In this document: one piece after another, positions 1 to 12,934 of the stretch | How positions within the stretch are numbered: position 1 is the stretch's first letter | Layout: every line of letters begins with the position of its first letter | Source of the DNA: Phyllobates terribilis | Taxonomy: Eukaryota | Assembly (NCBI RefSeq): GCF_046119375.1 | Contig: NW_027362762.1 | Location: 445,842,001 to 445,906,000 of the forward strand | Reading direction: 5' to 3' | DNA length: 64,000 bases | Made by a program: the position numbers and the translations under genes | The notes under the pieces: model-generated | The model's input: only the letters and a program-made list of their open reading frames with translations | Told to the model about the DNA's origin: nothing | Databases searched by the model: none

Positions 1-503
1 AGCCTGCAAATGATACAAATGATACTGAAGGAGCGGTCTGAGAAGTAGAAGAAAGAAGTAGGAGGTTATTTCAAAAACATAACATAGCACATTATTAAAG
101 CTGTTGAAATTAAAATGACAGTTCGTGTAATTAGGTAAGAGCATGTCAATAATATTAGAAGAGTAGTCTCATGACAGATATTGATGGCAAATCACTAGAT
201 TATACTATCAATATTCAATCGCCTTTGTCCAACTGATGTAATCCTTGCCTATTGTTAGGGTTAAGCTGTTCCAATGCAAGCAAAGTGCCACACTGTATTG
301 TTTTCTCTTAGCTCTGCTTTTTTTTTTTTTTTCTGGAGTTCACATTATAAAACTGTTCATCAAGTATACTGTGTAATTTCAGTAGCAGCAGACACAGGCT
401 GTTTTACAAGCTGTTGCCTCCATATGCCTTGTTTGGATGCTTGAGGAAGGCTCCTTTCAGGCTGTTCATTTGCCATATCTTCCAGAATTTAAATCACTAG
501 CTA

Positions 504-1183
504 CAGGTACATCTCACAAAATTAGAATATCATCAAAAAGTTAATTTATTTCAGTTCTTCAATTCAAAAAGTGAAACTCATATATTACATAGAGTCATTA
601 CAAACAGAGCGATCTATTTCAAGTGTTTATTTCTGTTAATGTTGATGATTATGGCTTTCAGCCAATGAAAACACAAAAATCCTTATCTCAGTAAATTAAA
701 ATAATTAACAAAAAACACCTGCGAAGGCTTCCTAAACCTTTAAAAAGGCCCCTTAGTCTGTTTCAGTAGGCTCCACAATCATGAGGAAGACTGCTGACTT
801 GACAGATGTCCAGAAGGCAGTCATTGACACACTCCACAAGGTCCCAGAGTTCCAATTTTCATTTAGAAATCAAGGGCCCAGAGTCTGGAGAAAGAGTGGA
901 GAGGCGCACAATCCAAGCTGCTTGAGGTCTAGTGTGAAGTTTCCACAATCAGTGATGGTTTGGGGAGCCATGTCATCTGCTGGTGTAGGTCCACTGTGTT
1001 TTATCAAGACCAAAGTCAGCCCAGCCGTCTACCAGGAAATTTTAGAGCACTTCATGCTTCGCTCTGCCGACAAGCTTTTTGGAGATGGAAATTTCATTCT
1101 CTAGCAGAACTTGGCACCTGTCCACACTGCTAAAAGTACCAATACCTGGTTTAAATACAGCAGTATCACTGTGCTTGATTGGC
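504..1183 (+). mobile_element. Tc1 (DD34E-type) transposon, internally deleted and 3'-truncated
   Basis: TA followed by left TIR CAGGTACATCTCACAAAATTAGAATATC. ORF 781-1104 joins the N-terminus (MRKTADLTDVQK) directly to the catalytic region (VMVWGAMS). Sequence continues HTAKSTNTWFKYSSITVLDW and then breaks off. Confidence 0.85.
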
Positions 1184-2784
1184 CGCCGCGGAAACGCATT
1201 AAAATCGCTTGTTAAGATGTCTGCCATGTTTCCCAATGATAATCCTCAGCACAACCAATTTGGGCGCGATTTCGCAGCGAAATCGCGCCCATTGACTTGC
1301 ATTGAACCACATAATATCCGCATGTATACATGTGGATATGTGCAGTTGGTACCCGGGTTGGGAGAAGAGGAGACTCTCATCCCACCTGGGTACCATCATA
1401 CCTGCAAGTTAAAAAATAATTATAAAGTAAAAAGAAAAAAAAAACATATTCTCACCTCTCCGGCGGCCCCCGGTCTCCTCCCGGCGGCGATCCTCTCTCC
1501 TCGGCAGCCCGTGGTGTACTGGCAGGACCTGCGGTGACGTCATTTAGTCAGCTGATGGTCACGCGACCATCTTAATTTTTATTTAGGCTGCGTGCCCACT
1601 ATGCGTTTTTTAAGCGTTTTTGCCGCAGAATTTCCGCAGCGAAAACGCGTAAAAAACACTTGGTAATACGTGCCTCATGGTCCCCAATGATAATCCGCAT
1701 GTGCTGTCCACATGCTGCGGAAATTTCCCTGCGGATTATCATTGCGGAAAAATACGCAGCATGTCCATTAATTTTGCGGACACGCAGCGTAATTGCCGCC
1801 ATTGACTTGCATTGAAACGCATAATATCCGTGTCAGTACATTTGCACACACGGATATTATGCGATTCTATGTGCGAATGGTACCCGGGTTTGGAGAAGAG
1901 GAGACTCTCATCCAGACCCAGGTACCATAGAACCTGTTAAAAAAAGAATTTAAAATAAAAAATAAAGATTATACTTACCTTCTGATGTCCCCTGGCCTCC
2001 TCAGCGATGCGTCCGGTCTTTTGTACAGCTTGCGATGGTGTGAGGACCTGCCATGACGTCATTTAGTCATGTGACAGGTCACGCGACCGCTGACGTCGTC
2101 GGTCGCGTGGCCTGTCACATGACTCAGTGACGTCACCGCAGGTCCTTCACACCACCGCGACCGATACAACAGACTAGACATAGCGGAGAAAACACCGGGG
2201 GCCATCGGAAGGTAAGTATAATCTTTATTTTTTACCATTCTTATCCTTTTTTTTTAAACTATTACTTGGTCACACTATATAAATCCATGCCGGTTGCATG
2301 GATTTATATAGTGTGACCAAGTTGTCAAGCACTTTCCAAGTGATGCTAAAATCGCTTGGAAAAGCGCTTGATAACCCGCATGCAGAAATGCATGTGAAGA
2401 ACGCTTGACAAACGCTTCTACCTGGCAGGAAAAACGCATGTAAAAACCGCATGCGTTTTTCCTGCCAGGGAAAAGCAGAAAATATATGCATCATTTCTGC
2501 ATCGTGGGTACTTAGCCTTACACTAGATGCAGCATTTGAAGCTGAAATCTTCTCATCAGTTGATCACACAATATAAATACATGCCAGTTGCATGGATTTA
2601 TATTGTGTGACCAACTTGTCAAGCACTTTTCCAAGTGATGCTCAAAATCGCATAAACGCATGTAAAAACGCTTGAAAAACACTGAAAAAACGCATGTAAA
2701 ATCCGCATGCGTTTTTTTCTGCCAAGGAGATGTAGAAATGCTCAGGAAATTTCTGCTTCAAATCTGCATCGTGGGGACATACCC
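1184..2784. mobile_element. PIF/Harbinger-type MITE, outer copy, left end lost
   Basis: Right TIR ...ATCGTGGGGACATACCC followed by TTA. Internal motifs are shared with the copies at 1586-2517 and 36594-37295. Confidence 0.65.
1586..2517. mobile_element. PIF/Harbinger-type MITE nested in a same-family copy
   Basis: TTA TSD on both sides (1583-1585, 2518-2520). TIRs GGCTGCGTGCCCAC / GTGGGTACTTAGCC. Confidence 0.8.
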
Positions 2785-2883
2785 TTACTGCCACATACAC
2801 ATTGTATGCGTTTAATGGACACTGCAGAACTCAATTTTAAAGTTAGTGAATATGGTGCTGTATGAATGCTTGTGTCTCTATAA

Positions 2884-3464
2884 CAGGGATGTCAAACTCA
2901 AACACACAGAGGCCCAAAATGAAAAACTTGGACAAAATCGTGGGCCAACCAGTATACAGTATAATGGGCCCCACAAAGTCCTCCATACAGAATAATGGGC
3001 CCCACATAGTCCTCCATACAGAATAATGGGCCTCAGATAGTCCTCTATACAGAATAATGGGCCCCAGATAGTCCTCAATACAGAATAATGGGCCCACATA
3101 GTCCTCAATACAGAATAATGGGACCCAGATAGTCCTTCATATAGAATTATGGGCCCCACATAGTCCTCCATACAGAATAATGGGCCCACACATAGTCCTC
3201 CACACAATATAATGGGCCTCACATAGTTCTCCATACAGTATAATGGGCCCCACATAGTCCTCCATACCGAATAATGGGCCCCACATAGTCCTCCATACCG
3301 AATAATGGGCCCCACATAGTCCTCCATACAGAATAATGGGACCCACATAGTCCTCCATACAGAATAATGGGACCCACATAGGGGTGGCAGTTCTGGTGTC
3401 GCGGGCCAAATATAATCACACTGCGGAGCAGATTTGGCTCATGGGCCAGAGTTTGACACGTATG
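2884..3464. mobile_element. hAT (Charlie-like) MITE carrying a minisatellite
   Basis: Perfect 8-bp TSD CTCTATAA (2876-2883, 3465-3472). Imperfect TIR CAGGGATGTCAAACTC / GAGTTTGACACGTATG. Confidence 0.85.
2965..3380. repeat. 31-bp minisatellite (GGGCCCCACATAGTCCTCCATACAGAATAAT)n, ~13 copies
   Basis: Directly visible tandem unit; explains the 31-aa periodic pseudo-ORFs in the track. Confidence 0.9.
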
Positions 3465-5914
3465 CTCTATAATCATTGCCGTGCTGGACTCACCATTGCA
3501 TGATGAGGCTTTAGATTGTGGAAATCAAGGCTTTAGAACTATTATTCTAGGAAAAAAATAATTAGTAAAAAAAAATTAATAAATTATGCTTAATTCCCTC
3601 TCATAGTGCCATAGTGCGGTATGTGTATTTTTTATGGGATAGAAAGGCTCATAAAATCTTGTTTAAAAGATACTTTTAGAACAATTGTGAAACGTCCACC
3701 GTAGCAGCTGCATCTAGTTTGTTTTCCAATTTTCTGTAGCCTTTCTTGTTTATTAGCTGTGACTCTGAGGTCAGAATTAAAACAAATATTTTAATGGCTG
3801 CATTTATGATGTTGGCAAGGCGTAGTGCGACAGAGAGCTGTGATCTGGAGTGGACTCGATATGGGTGGTGCGAGGTACACAAGGAACAACTACAGATTTG
3901 TGATATGCTTCAGTGGAGCAGTGATAAGCATCATGGTGTCTGTGCATTTCAGTTGTAGTGTCAGAGCTGACATTCTAAAGAATGTGGAAGTGAGGCCAGG
4001 ATGGCCCCTTAAAGAAATATGTTCACTGTAGGATAGAAATATTAAAAAAACAAGATCTGCATATACTTCTATATAATTAATCTCTTATGTGTTTTTTTGT
4101 GTGGAATATTCTGAAAACCCACAACATACCCATAAATTCACACAGATTTTTTCACACCATCCTAAATGGTTTTCCAGTTTTGGAAAACCCCTGTCCCGTG
4201 GCTAAAGTATGTTTTAAAAAAAAAAAAAAAAAAAAAGACAGAAAACTCCTCTTTGCTCACCTTCCCTGGGTCCATCGCTTGGTTTACTCCGCTGCTCCTG
4301 GTGTCTGTTATTGTCTGCAGCGCTGACGTCATATCTGTGCTCAGCCAATCAGTGAGCTCAGTGGCGCTGAGATGCTCATGCTGTCAACTCGGGCAGAGCT
4401 ACTGAGCTCATTTTTGGCTGAAGTGCTGACAACTCGATGTCAACACTGCAGACAATAAAAGACATTAGGAGCAGCAGTGGTGACTTAACCATGGACCAGG
4501 GGAGGATGAGTAAAACACAGGTTGTTTTTTTTTTTTTTTTAAACTTCAGCCAGGCATGGGAGGGGAGAACAGGAAATTGAAACCCCTTTTAATAAGATTT
4601 GAGAAAATAATGACCATATCTACAAAACACATTTATATTGTGTCAAATACTCTTCTGCTTTACTTTTGCAAATAGTTAGAATTTCCTATATATTCCATTT
4701 AAATAAATGTACTCTATGTTTTAGTTGATTTTCAAATAGTATATATTACAGTAGGCAAAGATATTTTTTTACATTAAATGGTTATTCCCCAAATTATTCC
4801 CAAAATATTAAATTATGCCCTTTATATAGGAAAGGGAATAACTGCTGTAATCCCCTCCGATCACAAGAATGGTATTCTGAAACCTGGAGACTGGCTCTAC
4901 ATGGTGAGGAGGTGATTATACTCCACATCTGCTACATTCAAGACAGGGCTCTGCTGTCTCTGGCAGTTCCATAGACAATGAATGGAGCAGGGGTATTGCA
5001 CACTTCTTCTCCATTCAAGACTGCCAGTTCCCCAGGTTCCAGAGCCCTGTTATCGTAATTGTAGGGAATCCCAGCGATCGGACTCCAAATGATCAATATG
5101 GAGTGCCCCATCTTATGGGTAAAGGGCACGTTACTATATTTGGGTATTCCAATTATTAACAATTGATCTCCAAAAACAGTATTGCAAAAATATGTATTTT
5201 TGTTCATTATTTAAATATTTCTACAGTATTAGGTAACATGCCTAAAAGTGTACACTGTTGCCATTAGATATGTTTTGTGAACACCATTGCAATCCTGGCT
5301 TTTGCAGTTGGCGTTCCATGAATTTCATGGGTCCTATTCATGCGAGATATGTTTGCTAATATCGGTTCAGCGTCCCTGTCCACTTCTTTCTCTGAGACTC
5401 GCACATGCACAGATTGACTACAGCATCGTAATGCACAAGATGGCACAGAGAATTGGAGAGTGAGATGTAGTTCTGTAAGCAGTGCTGCTCATGTGGAAGC
5501 TGATGGCTCGCCCAATACCAGTGCCAGGGAGGGAATATATAATGTCATTTCAGACTGGACCGTCCTGTAGAAAGAGGCTAGTTTGCATTAGGTGGTACTA
5601 CACATTTGCTAGAGCTTTCTTTGTACTGCTACATACTACTTCCTTTACACAGGCAGTAAAGGGTGGCATGTAATGATATCTGTACCACAGGGTGCGGTGT
5701 TTGGATGACTGTCTTTGGACAGTGCTAGGTCTTGTAGTCAATTTAAGGTCTGGAGTAAATGTGAATGCTAATGTCTGAGATCTAAAAGTGGGCTGGCCAT
5801 ATGAAGTCTGGGTGGCATAGTGCAAATCCTAAATGTCCATATTTTCCCATACAGACTATGTGGATTGATCTTTTAAAGACATTAGCTTGGGATGAACATG
5901 ACTTATATTTAAGG

Positions 5915-6414
5915 TGTATGGTGGCTAATGGTCGCATAGTCGATGGGAGGTATGTGTCACAGAGATGTCCTCTGTGATGTAACCCGGAGTGCTTCTCTAG
6001 CGCATGTAAGCACTAAGAGGATTGTTTGGTGCGCCTGGGAGCCGGGTTCCGGGTAGTTTAGAGAGATGGGCGGGTCTAGCTACCCACATACCTCACCTCT
6101 GGGTTTGGTTAACAGCCTATAAAATGGAGGATGTTGTTTGGCACATGGTCTTTGTGTCTGGAAGGAGAAGGCCTCCTGTGTGTGGTTGTCTCCAGACTGG
6201 GCCGTGTGCTGCATGCCTACCAGTCTGTGTGACCACAGCGCTGCCTAACCAGAGACTTTAATAAATGGACTGTTTTCTTTGTTTTTGCCTGCACTAAAGG
6301 CTGTTTGTTTGCATTTTGCTTTTGACCGGTTTATGAAGCAAACAAACCGTTATGGACATTTAAAGGAACATGCCTCCTGTTTGCCATCGCATCCAAGTGA
6401 CTAACATCCCTACA
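5915..6414 (+). mobile_element. Solo LTR, 500 bp
   Basis: TGTA...TACA termini, 4-bp TSD AAGG, internal TATAAAA and AATAAA. Shares several blocks with 56622-57198. Confidence 0.7.
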
Positions 6415-6657
6415 AAGGTTACAGTGCAAATTTCTAATAATTTTACATGTAATGGGGAAGATTTATCAAGATTGTTGTCTTATTCAGCCATCCAAAAAAA
6501 AATTATTAAATTGCACCAAATTAATTGAACTTATAAATGTGTGCAGTTTGTAGTGTTACACTGTCCTAAAGTTCAAAAATGAAATATAGACCTTATATGA
6601 ATGGGTGTAGATTTGCAACAAAATGTGTGTCAAATTTCCTGGTATAAGGCTTATTAA

Positions 6658-7075
6658 AGGGGTTGTCCGGGCCTTTCACATTGATGGCCTGTCTTTAGGA
6701 TAGGCCAGCAATATCTGATAGATGAAGGTGGGACATCCCACACCCCCACTGATCAGTTGTTTCTGGTGCCTGCAGCAGCCGGAGGTGCTCAGTTGTAGGG
6801 CTGCACAGCAAAGCTCTTTCAACTGTATAGTGTCCGTAAATGAGTACTGCATATCCACCCTTAATTGAAATCAATAGGGGGTAGATGTGTACTACCCGGC
6901 CTCGGCCACTATACAGTTACGGGACTGTCCTGTGCAACTCCGCAACTGAGTTTTTCCAGCCACCACCATTGGGAACAGCTGAACCGTGAGAGTGCTGGGT
7001 GTCACACCCTCACCTATCATATTGATGACCTATCCTAAGGATAGACCATTAATGTAAAAGTCCTAGACAACCCCT
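6658..7075. mobile_element. Kolobok/T2-type MITE
   Basis: TTAA followed by AGGGGTTGTCC ... GACAACCCCT, then CTAA. Subterminal inverted blocks present. Confidence 0.75.
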
Positions 7076-7969
7076 CTAAATCTGTCTAAAAGTTGTTCAA
7101 CTTGTTAAAATCATAGGTGTTAAATATGTATGTATTGCCTTCATGGTGATATAATCCTAATTAACTTTATTATTGCTCAAAATTTGTGGTTTGCTAAAAA
7201 CATATAGCTATAGCAAATGTGAAGCTAGTGAAAGTCCAGCAGAATTAACCCTAATCTAGACAGCATACCTTTATCAGTCAGAAGAAAAGTGCCTTTTTTC
7301 TTCCAATAATTATGATATCATATCATAGTAAATACTTCTATTTAGGGAAATTCTGTTTCCTTCCAGCTGACTATAGTTCATATAAAGCAGCTGTGTTGTA
7401 AGAAAACGCCACCATTAAACACTACTGGTAGAAAATCAGATCCCAGTCGCTGGTTTGGCCACAGGGTGACAGTGTCCTACCTATTCATGTTTGCTCCCTT
7501 TTTATATAGATGGTTTTGCTATTCCAGCTAACATAATATCCTTTCTATGTTTCACACTGAATTTATCTATAATGATCAGACAATATGCCTTACAGCAGGG
7601 GCTGGCACTTCTACTGTCTTGTCTCAAAGTTTTACTAACTTGTAAAATACTTTCTTTTTTTTTTGGCCATTTGATTTTTCTATAATGCTCTGATTTTTTT
7701 AAAAAAAGAAAACAACTTTGCTAAGTACATTAAGTCTTTTGATATAGGGAGTATATTCCTGTAAATTAAATGCTTATAATCTGTAAGTTTCATTCCAATG
7801 AATATTTTATAATATGCTTTGGGAATTATTGAAGTTTCCAAAAACTAACCTAAATAAAAAATTGATTAAAAACGATTTGGTCCTGTTCATGTGATTTAAC
7901 AACTATACACTTGACATGTATGCTGGGAAAAGCTCCCTACATTCTCGTCAAGCTTATCCATATGGCTTT

Positions 7970-8238
7970 CCTATTATTATGCTTTTGCTTATATAGCGCC
8001 ATCATATTCCACAGCACTTTACATACATTTATCATCTCTGTCCCCACTGGGGTTCACTATATAGATGTCTTTGGAGTGAGGGAAAAAAAACGGACAACCT
8101 AGAGGAAACCCACGCAAACACAGGGAGAACATACAAACTCCTTGCAGATGTTGTCCTTGGTGGGATTGGAACCCAGGAACCCAGCGCTGCAAAGCAACAG
8201 TGCCACATGCCAAAGCAAACACTGAGCCACCATGCTGC
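7970..8238 (-). mobile_element. tRNA-derived V-SINE
   Basis: Minus strand reads: A box GGTGGCTCAGTG, B-box-like GGTTCCAATCC, V-domain GGAGTTTGTATGTTCTCCCTGTGTTTGCGTGGGTTTCCTC, L2-type tail, (ATA)n. Confidence 0.85.
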
Positions 8239-8709
8239 TCACCTCCGAGAAAAGCCAAGATGGTGTTCTTTTGGTCTCTGGCGGGCTGTAAGCGTTAATA
8301 TCCTATTTTTGTGCTTCGGAATAGTGTAGTAAACTATAGTATATATTTTACAGTGGGATATCCTACAGTCGTCTTTTGGAGTTATATAGTTTATCAGGAG
8401 GTTTTTCTGACATGAACATCAAAATGAGGCACAAAGCTTTATCTGTTTATAGCCTTCTTCTCAGTGCAGCTTGTTCGTCCTGGATCACCATCAGCTCCCT
8501 TTTTAAAATAGGACGTACCATGTGCCGCATATCTTGTGCCAGTTTTCTAAGGTATGACAAAAAACTCACTACTAATTATCAAATGTCAATAATAGTATTG
8601 GTGTCTCCATTTAGGAGAGAGAGACCATTGAGGACCCTTGATGCTTTAGGGCCCCGGTGTGACTGCACCTCTGCATTTTCAATAGTTTAAAGACTTTTCT
8701 CAAGATTAA

Positions 8710-9032
8710 TGGGGTTGTCCACTACTCAGACAACCCCTTCTCACTCACTCTAGTTCCCCATGTAAAATAATAATGGCCTATACTCACCACAGTGTCAGAG
8801 CTCTCCCGGGGCTCTAGTGATATTGTTATGTCAGGCTAGTCCTGCCGCCAATCAGCAACTGCTTCACTCTCACTCTTTGGAAGAAACGGACACCTGAAAG
8901 AAGTAAGAACTGATCCTGCTCTCTGACTTCTTCCAACTGCTAATTTTGTCATCACTGGAGTATGGGCTATTATTTTACATTGGGGGAAATATAGTGATTG
9001 AGAAGGTGTTGTCTGAGTGGTGGACAACCCCT
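8710..9032. mobile_element. Kolobok/T2-type MITE
   Basis: TTAA followed by (T)GGGGTTGTCCACTACTCAGACAAC, with the inverted copy GTTGTCTGAGTGGTGGACAACCCCT at the other end. Confidence 0.75.
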
Positions 9033-9775
9033 TTCATTTTTAGGATCATACTACTCCCCTGCCTTCCAGCTTTCTGCTTGCCAGGCGACAGTATTCTGAA
9101 GATTGGCAGTTCAGCTGGCAGCATAGTGAAGCCTATGGTCCAAACTGCGTGTTCCCCAGTGCTACTAGCAGAGGCAGCTTTGCGTACAAGGGGTCTGAAG
9201 CTGGTCAGCTTCAGCAGTCTAGCCGACTGTAGAGTAATACCTGCAAGCTCTATAGCAAGGAGCTTGCAAGCACTGCACTGCTTGCCTAGGAGTCTAGCAA
9301 CAAACTCCTTGTGGAGTGCACTTATATAGGACAGCCCGCCTGATCTAACAGTATGGGTGTCATCAATAGGCTGTAAGCCAGACACTGTGCATCACACTTA
9401 TCTGTGTGACTGGTGTCCTATGCAAGCCTCATCTGTGTGCATTTTTAATACTATACAGCCACCCCCTCCTTGAATTGGTAGGTTTGTGAGTGGTTGTTTC
9501 ATCAGTATGTTGCACCTGTGCTGCCCCCCGCCTTTATTATGGGAGTCTCCTGCATCCTGCTAGTGCATTGAGAATCTGACCTGGAGTTGGTAAGGCTGTT
9601 TCTTTTTCTGTGATGTTTTTTGCCTAGAAGTCTGGCCATATCTAATAGACTGCAGAGGTGGCCAGTAACCTAGACAATGAGTTAACTCTATGGAGTTAAA
9701 AATCCCACCGTTCTAGAGAATGGGCTAGATTTTTAACAACAAGTAAATTGGAAAGTTGTTTTTTTTTTTAAAAAA

Positions 9776-10178
9776 AGGGAACCTGTTACCATGAAAATGC
9801 AGTCCAAACTGCAAGCATCATGTTATAGAGGAGGAGTAGTTGAATACATTGTTAAATAGTTTTGTTAGTACAGATTCTGTATAACCTGAGTTTTAATCAT
9901 TTAAACTTCTGCTCTTTCTGTGATTTTCAGTCCAGTGGGCGGTCCTATCAGTGACTGACAGCTATCTCTATATGCACACCTACACAAAGACAGCTATCAA
10001 TCATTAATAGGACCGTTCACTGGACTTAAAACCCCAGAAACGGCAGAGGTTTAAATGATGAAATCACTGGATATTCTTAATCCTTTGTCACAAAACGATA
10101 CATCAGTCTACTCAGCTACTCCTGCTCTGTAAAATGGTGCCGCAGATTGGACTGCATTTTCATGGTGACAGGTTCCTA
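9776..10178. mobile_element. Kolobok/T2-type MITE
   Basis: TIR AGGGAACCTGTTACCATGAAAATGCAGTCC / GGACTGCATTTTTCATGGTGACAGGTTCC, followed by TTAA. Confidence 0.75.
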
Positions 10179-12818
10179 TTAATCACTTTTGCAATTTTAA
10201 CAATTTATTATGTTGAGGCAGCCCCTTTAAAGGAAGTTTTATATACTTTTATAGTACATTTGCATGCATGTCTGCATATGCACACGCCTCACTATTTTAG
10301 TACTTTTATACCTTTTCACCCAGCTTTAATGCAGTTAGGTTGGTATACTTACTAAACATTTATAAGAAAAGTAAACATGTGCATTGTATTATATGCAGAA
10401 ATGTTGGCGCTTACTGAGTGTATTTATGATCAATAGCTAGTGTACATATTTTATCGTTCCAATAGCTCTAAAAAATAATGAGAAAATCGTTTATAGTCCT
10501 TATTTATCATAGAAGATCAAAATGGTAAAGACATTTAACTTAATGAAGGCTGTAAACCCTAATAGGCCAGTAACAAGCAGTTTGTAGTTTAGTTATTATT
10601 TCTTTACATTCATTTAGTAAATGCTCCCAGTTCCATAATATAAGATATAAGAAAAAAAGAACATAAGACATCCTTACTAAACAGTGGGAAAACATTTTTA
10701 ATGTGCACGCACTTCAGAGATCCAGAGTAGTACATTTTACTAAAAAGTCATGTCATTTAGTCATTTATGATCATAGAAGTGAGAAACCACAAACTCAATT
10801 TAATAAATATCTTCATGTCTGTAGACATGGTAAATAATTAATGGTTTGTAGAGGCGTTACTTCTTCCAGTTGAGTGGCCTGAGAGCTGTGAAGTGCGACA
10901 CATCTACCTCTGAATTAATGACCCCTCCTTGGCCACCAGAGTGCTTTTCCATCTATTAAGAACAGTCAAATTAATGTTGGACTTGCTGTAAAACAGATTA
11001 AACTGTGTACCCCTTTGAATGCTTGACTGCGGCTTTAACGGACATGAAATTTTTCTGGTTACTTAAATGCTGTTTATTGAAATGTGGTGGTGGTCTCAAG
11101 TTAATCGTTACCCTGGATATTCAATCTTCTAAGATTTTAGCATTGATCAAAGTGTGCAATCAGAAAGAAAAAAAAAAGATGTTTGCCAGAACGTAAAATG
11201 GGGAAATCATTGCAGGTAAATCAAGATCCAAGGAATTGGTTATAGTGTTCTTGCCACAATAAAACATTATTAATTAAAAGAAAAAAAAAAGTAGTTTTAT
11301 GTCTTCCCAGGCAAAGCAGCCTTTGTGCATTAACACAATCGTAAAAGGTGTTGAAAACTTTTTCTGTGCAACCAGGTCCTATCAGATGAAAAAAATTATT
11401 TATACTTATAGTTTTATATTGACGCTTACAATCAGCAGTTCTGTTATTTGTGGCAGTGGTAAATGAAGAGTTAACATCATTTTACTGAACACTTTATACT
11501 TGTGTTTCTTCTTGACATAATTTATGAGCCTGCTGTTGCTAGCAGCTCTCTTTGGTCATTTTGCTGATGAAAGCCATTAAGTGTTGGGTTAACAACTGAT
11601 TTCAGAACTTTAGTAAGTGGAATGACTTTCAAAAGACAGACGATAGGTTCTCCCTTAACAGCTAGGCTTTAAAAAATTGGAATTTGATTGCTTCGTGGTG
11701 GTCAGGAGCCAATTGCACACCTGTCTAAGTTAACTTTCAAATTTCCTTAGAAATCTAAAATAATCACAGATGTTAGTCAATCAAAATGGTGAAATGGCTA
11801 AACCATTCCATGCTGTAGGAGGTTTATTCACACATCAGTATTTTGATCAGTATTGGTATTCCAAAGCCAGGAGTGTCCCCAAAACACAGAACAGGTGTCA
11901 ATCTTTCAGTTATCGTTTTTCTCTATAAGTTCCACTTCTGGTTTTGGCATACAAATACTGATGTAAAATGCTGACCAAATACTGACTTGAGAATGAGCCT
12001 TTAGGGCGCTGATCTCATATCAAGCCTTGATGTATCGCATTAATAACACTATACTTGGTAGGCATTCAGATCACATCAAGAAATCCATATTCAAAGGTAT
12101 TGTCAGACTAACGAAAAAAATACCCCATATATAAAAGTTAACTTTTAATCAGTGTACGTTAAAATAGTTCATCTCAACACAAAAAAACATAACTAAAGTG
12201 CAGTGCTTAAAGTGAACCAGTGCAAAGACCACGTCATATGTTCATCTAAGAAAAATGAAGGATACACTCTCCAAGTGTTCCTTCCTTATTGTGGGGGAAA
12301 TACCTTGATCAATACAAGTGGTGCCCCCACTAATACGTTGTCCTGACTCTGTGTTACTTGATTAGAACACTGGTCAAAGGAAGACACAAATCTGTAGTTA
12401 CTCAAAAGATATTAAAATTGCAAGATATGCATATAGAGTGTACCAATAGAATCTTGCAGTGTAAACCGTTTGCAAAACCACAATCAAGGCTAAAGGTAAC
12501 TATAACTTTAGATATGCAATAAATTATAGTTATAGCCCCTTTGACATCAAGTCCTCCAGTTCAAAAACTATTATACACAAACAGCCATATAGAGCTCCAG
12601 TCCTGAACATCGAGGCAATATATATATGAACAGGAAAACACTCCTACATATGCAGTCATAAACCAATCAATAGATACAAATCCCTGCCTGGGGTTTGTGG
12701 ACAAAAAAATCACAGGGCTGTAGTCACCAGCCACAACCTCGTAATGCTTAGAAATGATACAACAGATACAGCAGCCAGGGTTACTTATCTCAAGATGCAG
12801 ACGTCCTGCCCCCAGTAG

Positions 12819-12861
12819 TTCTCGACACGTTTCCCCGTTTGATGTTGGTTCATCAGGAGAA
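12819..12861 (-). ncRNA. Minimal type-I hammerhead ribozyme motif (Penelope-like element remnant)
   Basis: Minus strand: TTCTC-CTGATGA-16 nt-GAAACGTGTC-GAGAA. Perfect 5-bp stem I, intact core and GUC triplet, weak stem II. Confidence 0.55.
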
Positions 12862-12934
12862 GATGGCATAATAAGGTTGCGATGTCCTGCAGATGGCGTT
12901 GCAGTTTAGTCTGCCACCCGCCCCCCTATAAGTA

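Noticed and set aside
2843-3476. Periodic ORFs of 84-156 aa
   Set aside because: They are translations of the 31-bp minisatellite inside a hAT MITE.
8239-8330. CAAGATGG-containing GC patch next to the SINE (snRNA or retrocopy?)
   Set aside because: No match to any RNA gene or protein I can recognise.
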